NCBI RefSeq assembly: GCF_964355755.1
Contig: NC_092674.1
Span: 21,824,001-21,888,000 of the forward strand
DNA: 64,000 bases
Reading direction: 5' to 3'
Source of the DNA: Antedon mediterranea
Lineage: Eukaryota > Animalia > Echinodermata
Every line of letters starts with the position of its first letter. Position 1 is the stretch's first letter. The notes beneath the pieces were generated by a model. That model was not told where the DNA came from. It did no database searches and worked only from the letters and a program-made list of their open reading frames with translations. The translations under genes were made by a program, and so were the position numbers. Positions 1 through 13,233 of this stretch are shown here, piece by piece.

Positions 1-1863
1 ATATTTTTAATCTATGTTTATTAAATATTTTAATAGAAAACGCGAGTTAAAAATGAGGTACAAAAGCCGGCGAGCCGAAATCCGCGCGCTAAAAATAACT
101 TTGGAAAACACCTACCCATTTTCAAAACACGATCGCACGAGGTCCATAATAGGTGGTGGAGTAATTTTTGTTGCATGTTATCAGGCTTTAAATACTCTTT
201 ATTTTGATATGTAAATCGGTTATTATTATTATGTACATCCGCCTCAAATGTCAATTTTAACGATAACAATTTAATTTTTTAGTCTTTCCCATTATCAAAA
301 TCTGGCTAATTTAGTATTGAATTGAAGCTAATTTATATTTCTGTTTGATAAACCACATCGTTTTATTTGACTTTGCGTGGACCTCGTGCGAAGAGGCCAA
401 CAAGACCAACCACTGAAAAAAATAATCCCTACCATAAATATCAGTGTTTACCATTTTCCTTACGGGGGGGATTCAGTTCTCCGCTTATTACTAAATTACC
501 GTCGCCCAGACAATGTGCATGGTATGCATGTTTAGCGCGTTAATTAATGATTGGATAACCCCTGCAGTGGACTGTTCCATTTTCTGAACTAGTCTTCGCC
601 GCACACGAGGCATGTCGAAAAATGTCGCCTCTCATGGAATATTTGCTTCGAAACGTCAATTTTACCGATTTATTAAATTATTTAATAAGTGGAATATTTA
701 TAAATCTACTATATAAAGCAAGTACGTTAGGAAGAAATGTACCGAAGAAATTTAAGAAGCTTTGATTTTGCTATGCAGCGGCTGTAAGCCATTCTATGTA
801 GGCGGCCGAAACGCGCTTTGGCCTGTGTTGCCGTTGTATATCTACGCTGTTTCTAGGCCTAAATTTTATTCCGTATATTTCAATTCAAAGTGCAACTTTT
901 GGTTAGAATAATCGAAAGGGAAATAAAATTAAACATGTTACAATTATACCATTGAGGTAATTACTTTGTTAAATAAAAAATTTCTTCCCGATATTTCTTA
1001 GGCAGAATTTAGCGTCAGGCTTTTATTTAGACCTTTAGCTAGGGGCCTATATAACTTAACTTGTAGTAGGCGCGGCCGAGTCTACGTTCGGCCCGGCGGC
1101 GCTCCAAATGGAATCGAACACATAATAAGCACGGGCTTAATTCTTATTTTTGGCGGTTCGAAAATCAATTAAAATAATATATGATTATAAATATAACTTG
1201 TTATATTAATATTAACATAAAAATGTATACTTACGAAAAATAATATTTAATGAAAAGAAACAATACCCACACAGTTTTTTAACGCAATATTTTTTTTTCT
1301 TCACATTTTAACATTTTTTAACAATATTTTATGTTGTATTTCAGAATTACCTACCTGTCAATATAAATAACCTTACTAAAATACATATTACATTTTATGC
1401 AATGCAAAAAAAAAGAAGTTAATTCACACATTGGTTCAAAAGTTATGAATCATTTAAAGACAGGAACTTTTTGGGCTTTTTTGAGACATTGGGAAAATCA
1501 CGCGTAAAAAGCCCTCGGACGAATTTTGGAGGGCGATATCTAAAAAAAAAAATGTCGAGGACACCCAAAAAAAAATATTCTTGTACAACTCTGTTGTATC
1601 TATGGGTTTGGAAAAAATAAGAACTTTAAAATTATTAGTATAAAAGTTATAACCCTTCAAATATGGGTTCAAATATAATTAGAAAAAGTGCCATTTTTCA
1701 AGCAAAAATCACTGTTTTTTGGGCACTTTAACGGACCATAACTTTTGAATGGATAATCCGATTTCAATCATTTAAATTGCAAAAGTTTATGTTCAGTAAG
1801 TTCCTTCTGATTAACTGAAAGAAAAAGTACCATCATTAATTTGAATTTTTACATTGGGATACC
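1..1863. mobile_element. Non-autonomous DNA transposon, right portion; terminus ...CATTGGGATACC followed by TA
   Basis: Sequence at about 1575-1863 recurs as a reverse complement (with a deletion) at 18004-18236, where it starts TA|GGTATCCCAATG. GG..CC termini next to TA. No transposase ORF seen. The left boundary is not defined. Confidence 0.5.
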
Positions 1864-2621
1864 TATTATTAGGGAACAGCTTAATTTTCCTTTCCTTAAA
1901 TAATAATTCCAACACAAAAATCAATGTATCCGGATATCGCATCTGTCGCATCATGAATTGTGGCACCTTCTATAAAAATATTCCAGTTGGTTGATTCAAA
2001 GCATCCTTTAGAAGAGTTGAAGTTTATCAATAGTGCTATCTGATATGAAGTATAGAGTACAGTAAAGTTTTTCTGTATTCCAAATGTGTACACATTAACC
2101 ATACTTGTTCATTTTGATTAAATGATAGAAGCTTAATGCAAAACTTCATGCACACAAAAAAATGAAGAAGAAAGGCCTAGCTTGAGAATAGCATATGGTG
2201 TTGATGAATTCCATCCATCAAAACCTTTTGTGTTTTATTTCAACTATTTTTTATATAAATTTATATTACTTTTGAAATGATTTTTAGAGTGGTGGAGTAA
2301 GTGTAAGGCTGCAAATGCAGGGGCGGACATATTTTTTGTCTAACTTTTTTTAATTATTAATTGATAATAATAATTAATTTTTATTTATTGATTATATAAT
2401 TTCCAGAATGTATTAGCTTACCAGAAGTACCTTCGTCGAGGACTTCCTCTGAAGTTAAAAATGTCGCATGTGATTTACCGGCGGAAAAAATAGGCGGGAT
2501 ACGATGGTATTGCTGTTTGGTAGCCCGATATATACTATGTGGGGCCTGTGTCCTGGACTTCTGGGCAACCCCCTTAAAATAGTTCTGCGACCGCCCCTGA
2601 AGATCTGTGGTAGATGCTATT

Positions 2622-4140
2622 TAGGTGATCATTTAGAATAAAATGATCACCTATTGTTATTGTATGAAATCTTTATTATTGGTTATCCGCAACGAAGTTG
2701 CAGGATAACCTCTTGTGATTGTACGAAATCATTCTGTATGATTTTTGTGTAACGCTTTTCTCTAAAACTCGCAAACATAACATTTCGGTAACTATCTTAA
2801 CATATTGACATTTACGTAACGTCGTCAAGCGAAGCTTTTCATGACGTTTACAATTGCGCAACGTGACTTACGCGCAATTTAACGATTTTGTCGTATTTAA
2901 CGTAGCTCAACAACCAAATAACATTTCAACTTGAAACTTTGCAAAAGTTTAATTTATATCATGCGCTAACTTTCTGTTGAAAAAAAATTGCGTGTTTTAC
3001 ACAAAGTTACGCGCGCACGCGCATTTAAAATTTCAAAATGCGCAACAATAATTTATAATCAACTTTCTACGCGTTTCATGTCGTTTTAAGCATGTCAAAA
3101 ATTCCCACGCGTGCGCACATTTTTATGTGTGCGGTGCGCACGTAGTATTGAAAACGTACTTTTTTCGCGTGATTTATATTTTTCCAGCCTTTTCTAGTAA
3201 TTTTACCAAATTTTAAACAATTTCGACTTAAAGATACGTCATACGAGCACGTCGAATTGGACAATTTGCGCGCGTTTTTTATGAAAAGGTTAAAAAATTT
3301 GTTTAAAATATGACTTTTTTTAAACAGTCGTAATTTCTAAACTAGACGGTCAACTTTTTGTGGATGGCATATTCTGGAAGTAGATGAGTTGTAGATATCG
3401 GATCAGGTATTAATATGGCTAACCGGACATTGTGACGTCATCGTATGGCCATGCGAATATAAAATTTAGGATTTTTGTATCTTTCGTCATAGCTCATCAC
3501 ATTGAATAGAGCGCATCTCCACTTATCCGTTTTCCATTTTCACCCCGATTTTGATTTTGTCTAGGTCAATCAAGTATCTTTCGCATGAGTTAAAAATATT
3601 TTAATTGTTTTGACGTCATCATGCCTAAAAATTTAAATCACGTGTGGCATTAATTTCATCTTTACAGTAAATTTTAATCTGTTATAGCTCGTAAGAATAA
3701 AATGTGATAATCACGATTAAAATTTTTTTCCGGAAGCTATTGGATTGTAAATACGAAATTATGTAAAAATGTTGCCAATCGGAATTCTTCTACACGCTAA
3801 TACGTTGTTGCTGAGATAATTTCCTTTCGGAATTGCTACCTTCGCGTTTCATTTTAAAACCGTCAACATGTTAAAAATTGCAATAAATAGCGGGTCCCGT
3901 AATTTCACCTATTCTACACTGTATGTGATATGGATACAGATTATACTGTGTATATACTATATATGAATTTAAATAATAAAATTCAGCAATAACAACATAT
4001 CATATTCTTCAGTTCAGGTCATAATGGCAACGTGAACACTTCCTTTTGTCCTTAACCTATCCCCTTAATGTTAATGTTGCACCACTTGCGCGGCGGATAA
4101 CCAAACTCGTCAAAGTGACGAGTTAAGTTACATGTCTAGT
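2622..4140 (+). mobile_element. Non-autonomous Helentron/Helitron-like element (composite)
   Basis: 5' inverted repeats TAGGTGATCATTT..AAATGATCACCTA and GGTTATCCGCAAC..GTTGCAGGATAACC. 3' subterminal GCGGATAACC, hairpin ACTCGTCAAAGTGACGAGT, then CTAGT. Homologous to 11438-13193 and 39078-41590. Confidence 0.65.
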
Positions 4141-4552
4141 TAATTGATTAATTCTTGATATGTTAAATGGCATAATGAAATGTATACTGAAAAAAGGCCA
4201 AATACATAGAATTTAAGCAATGGTACACATCTCATAAAATACGTAATCAAAATTACACTGAATGAAATACTACTATAATAATGCAATGAGAACCCACTAT
4301 GGTAAATAATCGTAAACTTTTGTAATTTATATCCACTATATGGATTTATATAAATATAGTTATAGGGAACTACCTTTATAACAGTGGTTCATGACTAATA
4401 CTTCACATAACAATAGATTCATAATATTAAAACAATTACTGGAAAAATTATAAATACAGAGAACACTAAGTTAAAAGAAAGAAAGTAGGCCTACTTGGGA
4501 ATGTAATCCTTCACTATATGGATATGATACACCTAATAATAATAATGTATTA

Positions 4553-5408
4553 AGTCAAGTCAAGTCAAGTCAAGTCAAGTCAAGTATCATTTATTATCAT
4601 TTGTTTTAGGAAAAACATAGAAATTCTGTTTGCTCTGTTGGCGGAGCACAATATCCAACGGACACAACACGAACTCAAAAACAAAAACATTACAAAAAAA
4701 AGTCTACATCATATTTAAGGCTCTAATAGATCCTGGAAAGAAACTATTTGTAAATCGTGCCTTATTGGCCTTAATAGAACGAAATCGCCGACCGCTGCGC
4801 ATCAACTGGAACATACTAGAGGCCGGATGAAAATGATCATCTTTGATAGCCACTGCCTTTTTCAGAAGACGATCCGAAAATATGTTCTCCAAAGGCAGTT
4901 GTGTAGATCCAATTATACGCGATGCGGTCTTGACTATTCTATTTAGGTCACGCTTTTCATTTTCGGTAGCGCTACCGAACCATACCGTTAAAGAATACGT
5001 TATTACACTCTCTATAACTGACCTATAGAAGGACGACATTATTTCAGAGTTTATACCAAATGATTTAAGTCTACGTAGAAAGTAGATTCTTCTTTGGGCC
5101 TTTCTAATAATGTTACGTGTGTTAATATGCCACTTCAGATCATTTGAAATATAAATACCCAAGAATTTAAATTCTTCTACAAACTCAACTGATATACCAT
5201 TAATAAATATTGGATATTTGACATTAAGTGATTTACGGAAATCAACAACCATTTCTTTAGTCTTAGATACATTCAAGAACAGATTTTTTTCGTTACACCA
5301 GTCTACAACTCGTTTAACTTGGTTGCGATAATTAGACTCATCACTGTCATCATTGATTAGACCTACAATGGTAGTATCATCCGCAAATTTGAAGAAAACG
5401 CTCCCCAA
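4553..5408 (-). mobile_element. 5'-truncated Rex1/Babar-like (CR1-group) non-LTR retrotransposon; RT C-terminal ORF 4704-5408 and (ACTTG)n 3' tail
   Basis: The ORF has FKFADDTTIVGLI, LNVSKTKEMVVDFRK, FKFLGIYIS, FYRSVIESVITY and RFTNSFFP motifs typical of Rex1/Babar RTs. A (CAAGT)n microsatellite at 4553-4585 marks the 3' end. Confidence 0.85.
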
Positions 5409-6799
5409 ATTGTTTCAACATGTTACGGTTGCTGACATATTGGTGGCATACTTCACACTACAATATAAATATAGTAATAACAATTACTGGTAAAATAGTT
5501 AATACACATACATAAGGAAATATAGGTATTTTTAAGTACTTGGGTGGGTAATACTTATTGCTTAATAATTTTTAAGTTCGCGTTCATATGTTCTTTCATT
5601 GAATGAAGTGAGCCCTCTGTTGTTTATAGACAAAAATTGATTTCATATCCATAAATTAAGCAATAATATTTTTTTTATTTAGTCAATTTAAAGGCCTGTG
5701 AAATAGGACAAATCAATTCTTATATTCAGGGGCGCACCCAAACAATTGTCCGTTTTATTGATATCTCATAAAAATATAATAAAATTGTTAGTCTTACAAA
5801 ATAATTAAATTATTATGTGGAATTTATGCATAACAATGGAACATAAAAATTGATTTAATAACGACAAAGTTTGTCAAATATTATGCTACTACTGGTGTAC
5901 TATACATGAATATTGGTCCTACTGACATAGCATGCAAGGCCGTAAAGCAAGATGCTTTAAATATAATTATATACAATATAGACGATCTGTGCAGGGGAAT
6001 TGGGGTGGGTGGTGAAAATTAAAAAATTTCAGACGAGGCTATAGCGCCTTGTCTTTCTCATGCTGGCTACATCCCTGGCACCGCATTTATTTAGTAACTA
6101 CTAAGAAAAGTAACATGCTGTTTACACTGTAAACATAAGAATGTCTCATATGCATTTCAAATTGAATTTACAATTAATAAATTACACATTTTGTAGTGCA
6201 GTGACACAGGTACATTTGTGCACTGTTTTCACTCTTAAGCTCTGTCTCAACTATCAAACTTTATGTGACAAGAAAATGTGCCCATACTGTATATAGACAT
6301 GATAATGTCATATCACCACCATATTTGGACATATCACTACGCTATTTGGGAGCATCACACTTTACCGTTGCCTAATGTTTTGCATTTATCCGATTCCTCA
6401 GCCCCACATTTTTACCAGTAATCAGTCACAGAAGTATAGTCACAATAAAACTAAACGAAAGAAATTAAGCAACAGCAAAATTTGCAGACATTTTTTTAAT
6501 ACATGTAAAGTATTACAAATACGTCGTAATAGATTCCACTGATTGGTTAGGCATTAGCTTATGTTTGGGATTAAGATGTAAATCTTGCTATAATAAAAGG
6601 GTATTTCTAAAACTAGGTCAAAAACCTTAAAAAAGATATTAGAAATTGTGGCCCACCACATCCATCTCCTCCCAGCACCCAACTCTTGAGTATAGATTAC
6701 TTAAAGATGTTTGATTCATATAATAATATAAGTAGTTCTTTGATAGTAAACCAATAAAACTTACGTTGGCAAGAAGAAGAAGAAAAAGAAGAAATGTTT

Positions 6800-7050
6800 T
6801 CATTATGTTTGATTCAGTTTATTTAGGTGTTTAGGTGTTATTTTTAGGTTGAATGTTTAGGTGTTTAGTTGAATGTTCAGGTTAAATGTTTAGGTGCTTA
6901 GATGTTTGATTCAATTTATTTAGGTGTTTAGGTTGAATGTTTAGGTGTTTAGGTTACTTAAAGACGTTTGATTCAGTTTATTTAGGTGTTTAGGTTGAAT
7001 GTTATAGGTTAAATATTTAGGTGTTTGGGTTGAATGTTTAGGTGTTGCCT
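6800..7050. repeat. Degenerate TTTAGGTG/TTGAATG-rich minisatellite
   Basis: Repeated tttaggtgtttaggttgaatg units are visible in the sequence. Confidence 0.7.
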
Positions 7051-8601
7051 AATTATTTTAGGAATTAGGTTCAGTTGGGCCTGATGGTCTAGGCATGGGC
7101 CCGATCTGACAGCATCTCAAAAATCTTTTGTATTAATTAATATGTGACCATGTCTGTTTTCAGGACCAGATGACGAATATGAAATAATACCAAGTAAGTT
7201 TTTATCGGTTACAACCAAGGCTTATTGATGGTGATAATAGGATTATTAAAAATAATATTTACATTGATATTTTCCTTGAATTAATAATTAATATTTAACC
7301 TTTTATTTGTGCCTTATTTTTTTGTTGGTTTTGGTGATGGGTTAGATTGATTTAAGATATTGTGTTAAATGTATATTACAATGTGCAATTCTAGTTCCTG
7401 CGATCACCATATTAATTTGACTACTTTTTGAACTATTTTTCCCCTCAATGTTTCTGCTATTAAATACCCTTAAATTAGTGATTTCAACTTTACAGCAGTT
7501 ATTATGGAATTTAACTATGACTAAGTAGTTTTTCATTTTTTTAATAAAATGTATTTTAGAAAATGGGTTTCAATATAATATCCAATCATAACTTTATTTA
7601 TATTATTCTTACTAATTTATTTCTTTCAGATGTTTTATTTTGTATAAGTAGTTATAAATATTAGGTTTATTATATCATGTATATAATGTTATATAAACAC
7701 TATTTAACTTATTTCATACTTTTAGTTGTATTGCCATTTTTTTTTGTCTAATATCGAAGTAGGCCTACCCAAATTTTCTTTAGTGCATGTAATTACATTT
7801 GCTAGTGGATCGATAATCATCAACAAACTCAAATTGCTGTTTCCTTTTTTTATTTCACAAAAGAACCAGCAATGAATAAGAAACAAGCATTTGATGGCAA
7901 AACATTTTCATAAAATCAATAGGTATTGTTTTCATATTATTCGAATTTCAACCTAATAAACGTGAGAGTCAATTGGGTTGTTTTACAGTCTTTGAGAGCC
8001 AGTTTTACTCTTTCTAATGCTTTTGTTCCTTAAGGACAGTTGGAAGAAGCTGATTGGCCAATCAACAGGTTGATCATTAACCAATCACACACCTCCACCT
8101 TCTTCTTAACCTTCATTCAATTATTGATTGTTTTCCATGATATTTGACAACTCATGTTCATCAACCAGCTCTTTTGTTTGTTTTTATTTAACTTCATATG
8201 AGGATCTTTTGTTAATTTGAATTAAACACCTGCTTTTGTCAAACGAAATCATCATCATTTTGAGGACATGGACTTGAAGAGGAATATTACTCTTCCATTA
8301 AATCATTTGATAATTTTCTTCCTTTTATATTTACCTTCTATTTCTTATTTTAATTGAATTATTCAATGTAAAGACCATGTTTATAATTATTATGATATGA
8401 ACCCTTCAATAAAAAAGTAGAAGAAAATTATTATCAAATTACAAAAGTAATTTAATTTTTTTACGGCTCTTCTCTTTCATCATACTTGTTGGTAGTGTAC
8501 CTAGGTGATTGCCATCAAATCTCAAGGTCCAGGGTTCAATCCTGACCCAGCAACTCATGGCTGTTTGTACTCCACCTTTAAACCTCAAGTCGGACTTGAT
8601 A

Positions 8602-10150
8602 TTCAATTCAATTCAATTCAATTTCTTTATTGCTGCAAATGCCATCAAGGGCTAATATCGGCTTAAACATACTACATCATACAAACATACATATTTACAT
8701 TTAAAATTGTTGTTATCAATACTTTAGTTAGATTTCAAATTAAGTATGTATCTTATTCATCCTGTAAGTGACATTAGTTACCTGCTTTAGATGTGTATGA
8801 AATTTTTTTTAATAGTTAGTTCTACGATTTCATTCTGTGATACCATTAATTTTATTTCTGTGCCAAAAAATAATATTAATTTTTATATAATTATAATGGC
8901 TGATACGCTGCAACGGATTCAAGTCGTTGAAAAGCGAAAGCTCTCCATTAATGTTTTCACTCAGAAACATAGAATTACCAATATTATTGTTTGCGCCATG
9001 TGTGTGGTAGTTAATAAATTATCTTGGAAGAACATGAAGATGAATTTTATATGAAATTTGCTTTTAATTTACATTTTGAGTCAAAAAATCATCATCATTT
9101 CGAACCGTGTGTTTACATTATAAATTTAAGTTAATGTAAAGTGAAATGAAAATATGGATAGAATAGGAAACAATCTGACCGAATTATGATATCGAATAGA
9201 ATTTAATTTCATGATCAGCATTATATGTACATATAAATTTTATGGCTTGTAATTTTACCGTTATTAAACTAGGACTTTCATTGTTTGTAGTATTTCCACG
9301 GATATGTTGAAAATTTTACGATCTAGGTTCTATAATGGAGAACATTTTATCGTTTATTCTCTTTGAAAACAAAATAACTTTTCATTTTTCTTGTACAAGT
9401 CCTTGGATTTTAAACGTTTTCACTGTTTTTAATACTCCAGTCATTCATTTTTCCGTTTTAGCTGTTTGAAATATTGGGTTTATTGCGTGAATAAGTAAAT
9501 GACAAATTTAAAGTTCTGTTCAATTCATGCCTAGTAGCCCAATAGTTAATATTTACCGCCTTGGTATAAAGGAGAGCACCCTCTGTTAAACATGTTTCAC
9601 TATTATAACAAAATGTATTTACCGTATTAATAATATTAATAATATTAATAATGGTGCAAAACCTCCATATAAAGTTTGTAATGAATCATAGAAGCTTTAA
9701 ATAAATACTTCTAGAATATTGTTTTATGTCACTATTTCAAACACACATTTTCTGCACATAATTTTGTGTGAAGATTCTTGATAATGAATATAGCTTTCAT
9801 TGTGTCCTCTGCCGTACCGCTATGCCTTTGGCAGTAATCTAAACACATCTACTTTGAAAATGGAATCTGTTTTTTCTTCATACTGTATATAAGAAAATGA
9901 TCTCACTCGGATATCTAGGTTGCCGTACGAGTGTTAAAAAAACATAAAGATGGTATGATGTAGCGTAAAGTAATCGGCTTGATTCGTAATATCTGTAGAA
10001 GTTCTTTTTATGTTTTGTTTCCTTCGTCACTGTCAATTTATTTGATAAAATTCTTTACAAAATGATTGATAAGAAAATATGATATTTCAGTTTTTATTAA
10101 GATATCATAATTTATCTACATCAAATTGAATTTTCTCTTATATTTAATGA
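8602..10150 (-). mobile_element. Highly decayed L2/CR1-like LINE 3' portion
   Basis: (ATTCA)n tail at 8602-8622 next to a minus-strand AATAAA. Weak minus-strand RT-like residue VKTFKxxGLV near 9400-9430. No open ORF. Confidence 0.35.
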
Positions 10151-10559
10151 TTTTTGCAATGCCTTGTATTTTGATATGTTTCCAGAAAATTTTATTTTTG
10201 TATTTTATTTGGCAGGTACATTTTTTTTAACTGAAGATGATTAAGTGGGGTGGTGGGGGAGGGGTTATGTATATTCAAACTAGAGCCATAGTGCACCATA
10301 TCACTCTTTGCATATTAGTTCAGTTTCCCAACTTTGCATATCATTTTGTAATAATGTTTTAATGTTCAGTGCCTCTGTATTTAGTTACATTAAAATCATG
10401 CACTGAATTGATTTTATAAAGTTAATCAATCATTTTATATCATTATTTTATCATAATTCATAAGGAACAATATCAAACATTCATCAACAGAAATTCATGA
10501 GATTATTATAATCAATTACAATTACATCAATACGAATATATCAGCAACAATCTCCATCA

Positions 10560-11310
10560 TGTTTATCAGCAGTAGCATAATCATTAACTTTAATCATCAC
10601 TTTTAGTAGACATCATCATCACAATTATTAAACATCACTTTCAGTAGATATTGTTGTAATCATCATTATTATTATTATCACAATCATCATCATTATCACA
10701 ATCATTAATAAAAACAACATTCTTCAGTTTTTATCATAATCATTAATCATCACTTTTAGGTGATATCATCATCAATCATCATCATAATCAGTAATCAATC
10801 ACTTTTAGTTGATATCATCATCAATCATCATAATCAGTATTCAATCACTTTTAGGTGATATCGTCATCAATCATCATCATAATCAGTAATCAATCACTTT
10901 TAGTTGATATCATCATCAATCATCATAATCAGTATTCAATCACTTTTAGGTGATATCGTCATCAATCATCATCATAATCAGTAATCAATCACATTAGTTG
11001 ATATGATCAATCATCATCATAATCAGTAATCAATCACTTTAGTTGATATCATCATCAATCATCATAATCAGTAATCAATCACTTTTAGGTGATATCGTCA
11101 TCAATCATCGTCATAATCAGTAATCAATCACTTTTAGTAGATATCATCATCAATCATAATCATTAATCATCACTTTTAGTAGATATCATCATCAATCATA
11201 ATCATTAATCATCACTTTTAGTTGATCTCATCATCATCATCATCAATCATCATAATCATTAATCAGTCACCTTTAGTTGATATCATCATCATAATCATTA
11301 ATCATCACTA
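10560..11310. repeat. ATC-rich minisatellite, about 44-47 bp unit (atcacttttagttgatatcatcatcaatcatcataatcagtaatca)
   Basis: More than ten recognisable tandem units. Confidence 0.9.
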
Positions 11311-11437
11311 GTAGCACCAAAAATCTTTAGTTATCATAATCAAAGATCTTCATCACTGTAACCAACATTAGCACGGCTCAACTTGATATTTGGTGTACTT
11401 TTACTAACAGTAACATCGTCGTCGTTTTCTTTATTAT

Positions 11438-13193
11438 TAGGTGATCATTTAGAAAATGATCACCTATTGTTATTGTATGAAATCTTTATTATTGGTTATC
11501 CGCAACTTAGTTGCAGGATAACCCATGTGATTGTAAATAATGCCCTAATCTTATTTTGTGTGCAAAGTTCTAACGTATGACGTGCACGTGGCGTTTGTCG
11601 TGCGGATAACTAACTCGTCAAAGTGACGAGTTTCATGTCTAGTTATTTTTTTTCTTTTTATTGTTTCTGTACACTATTTTGTGTAACAATTATCTCAAAA
11701 AGTTTAATGACAATGATTACCAAAATTTCAGAATATCTTTCAAATAATATAACTTAATCCTAATGAGCTTTCCAGCGTGATCACTCATCCGTGACGTCAT
11801 TTATACGCCATTTTGTGAAATCATATTATCAATCATATCTCCATAATTCATTATGACATATTAATGAAATTCACTACAGGTAAACTTCAGGTCAAGGGTA
11901 AAAATATTAGCAAATAAAAAGTTGCGCGTTTCAAGGTCATGCACGTGAAATCGCGAGTTAAAAATTTGAAATGCGCAAAATTAGGTTTTGATCAATTTAG
12001 AGCATGAATTAGGCCATTTGCGCGTTTCAAAAAATTACTGCGCAAAAATGCGTTTTTGTGCGCACGATTCTTAAAATGCGTAAAAAATAAAATTTGATGT
12101 ATAAATCACATTCTACTCACAATCCTTAGTACATTCACCAATTTTGAGTCCATTCCGACTTAAAATAACGCTATACGGGCACGTTAAAAATGACAAAATG
12201 CGCACACTAATTGTACAAAAGTGCAAAAAATGGTAAAAAATAAGGACTTTTTAAAATGAATATAACTCTTCAGAATGGCAGATGACCCCCAATTTTTTTA
12301 ACTTATTATGGAAGCCAATAAGATGTAGATACAAATGTATATACACATTAGACGTACAAAATGGTATGACGTCATCAAATGGCCACTTGAATTTAAAAAT
12401 TAGGAATTTTTTTCTTTTTGTGTGGGTTATCACATTCAATAGAGCGCATCTCCGTTATTTGAGCCCGATTTTCGCACAACTTTTAGTATGTGCTTGCTCA
12501 ATTAATTATTCTTTTAATGAGTTGTCAACATTTTTATTTTGATGACGTCATCACGCGTAAAAACTTGAATAACCTAGGTCGTGTAATTTCAGCTACACCA
12601 TACATTTGAATATCTTATAGCTCTTCAGAATTAAAGGTGACCTTGAAGATTATAACTTATTATGAAAGCTGATGAAATGTAGATATGAATTCATATTAAA
12701 ATTAAGCCTATCGGATGTTGTGATGTTATCATATGGCCAGTTGAAGTTAAAAAGTAGTTTTTAAATTTCTTTAGTCAAAGTTATACAAATTTCAAAGACC
12801 GCGCATTGCGCTTCTACGTGTCAAATTTTCTTCCAATCCTTATATTTATTTGCTCAATTCATTATCTTTCGAAATTGTCATCTTCGAGTTTATTTTGATA
12901 TATCCATCATACCAAAAAATTATAAGATGATGTGTGTCCCGTAATTTCACCTATGCTACACTGTATATAGATATACAGTATATACTGTATATTGTATATG
13001 GCATATATACCGGTAATAGGCACAACTCAACACTATACATATAATAGGATGGAATGTATCATCATTTTCCGATCGTATGATAACGTACGTGCATGTTTAT
13101 AACAAATTATTTTCAGTAATTAATTAATTAATGTCAATAAAATGATAAAAATGATCACCTATAATTCGTCAAAGTGACGAATTAAATTCTAGT
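11438..13193 (+). mobile_element. Nested Helentron-like elements: short inner copy ending at 11643 inside an outer copy ending at 13193
   Basis: Same 5' structures as at 2622. Two 3' hairpin+CTAG ends: ACTCGTCAAAGTGACGAGT..CTAGT at 11612-11643 and AATTCGTCAAAGTGACGAATT..CTAGT at 13163-13193. Confidence 0.65.
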
Positions 13194-13233
13194 TCTTCAT
13201 TATGATTGTATACACTATTTCATATTTTTTCAG

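Noticed and set aside
6800-7050. TTTAGG repeats as telomeric sequence
   Set aside because: Units are TTTAGGTG/TTGAATG mixtures, not TTAGGG arrays; this is an ordinary minisatellite.
7860-8070. Possible additional upstream exons of the 13234-17516 chain
   Set aside because: Splice-like signals exist, but I could not obtain a phase-compatible, stop-free join to 13234.
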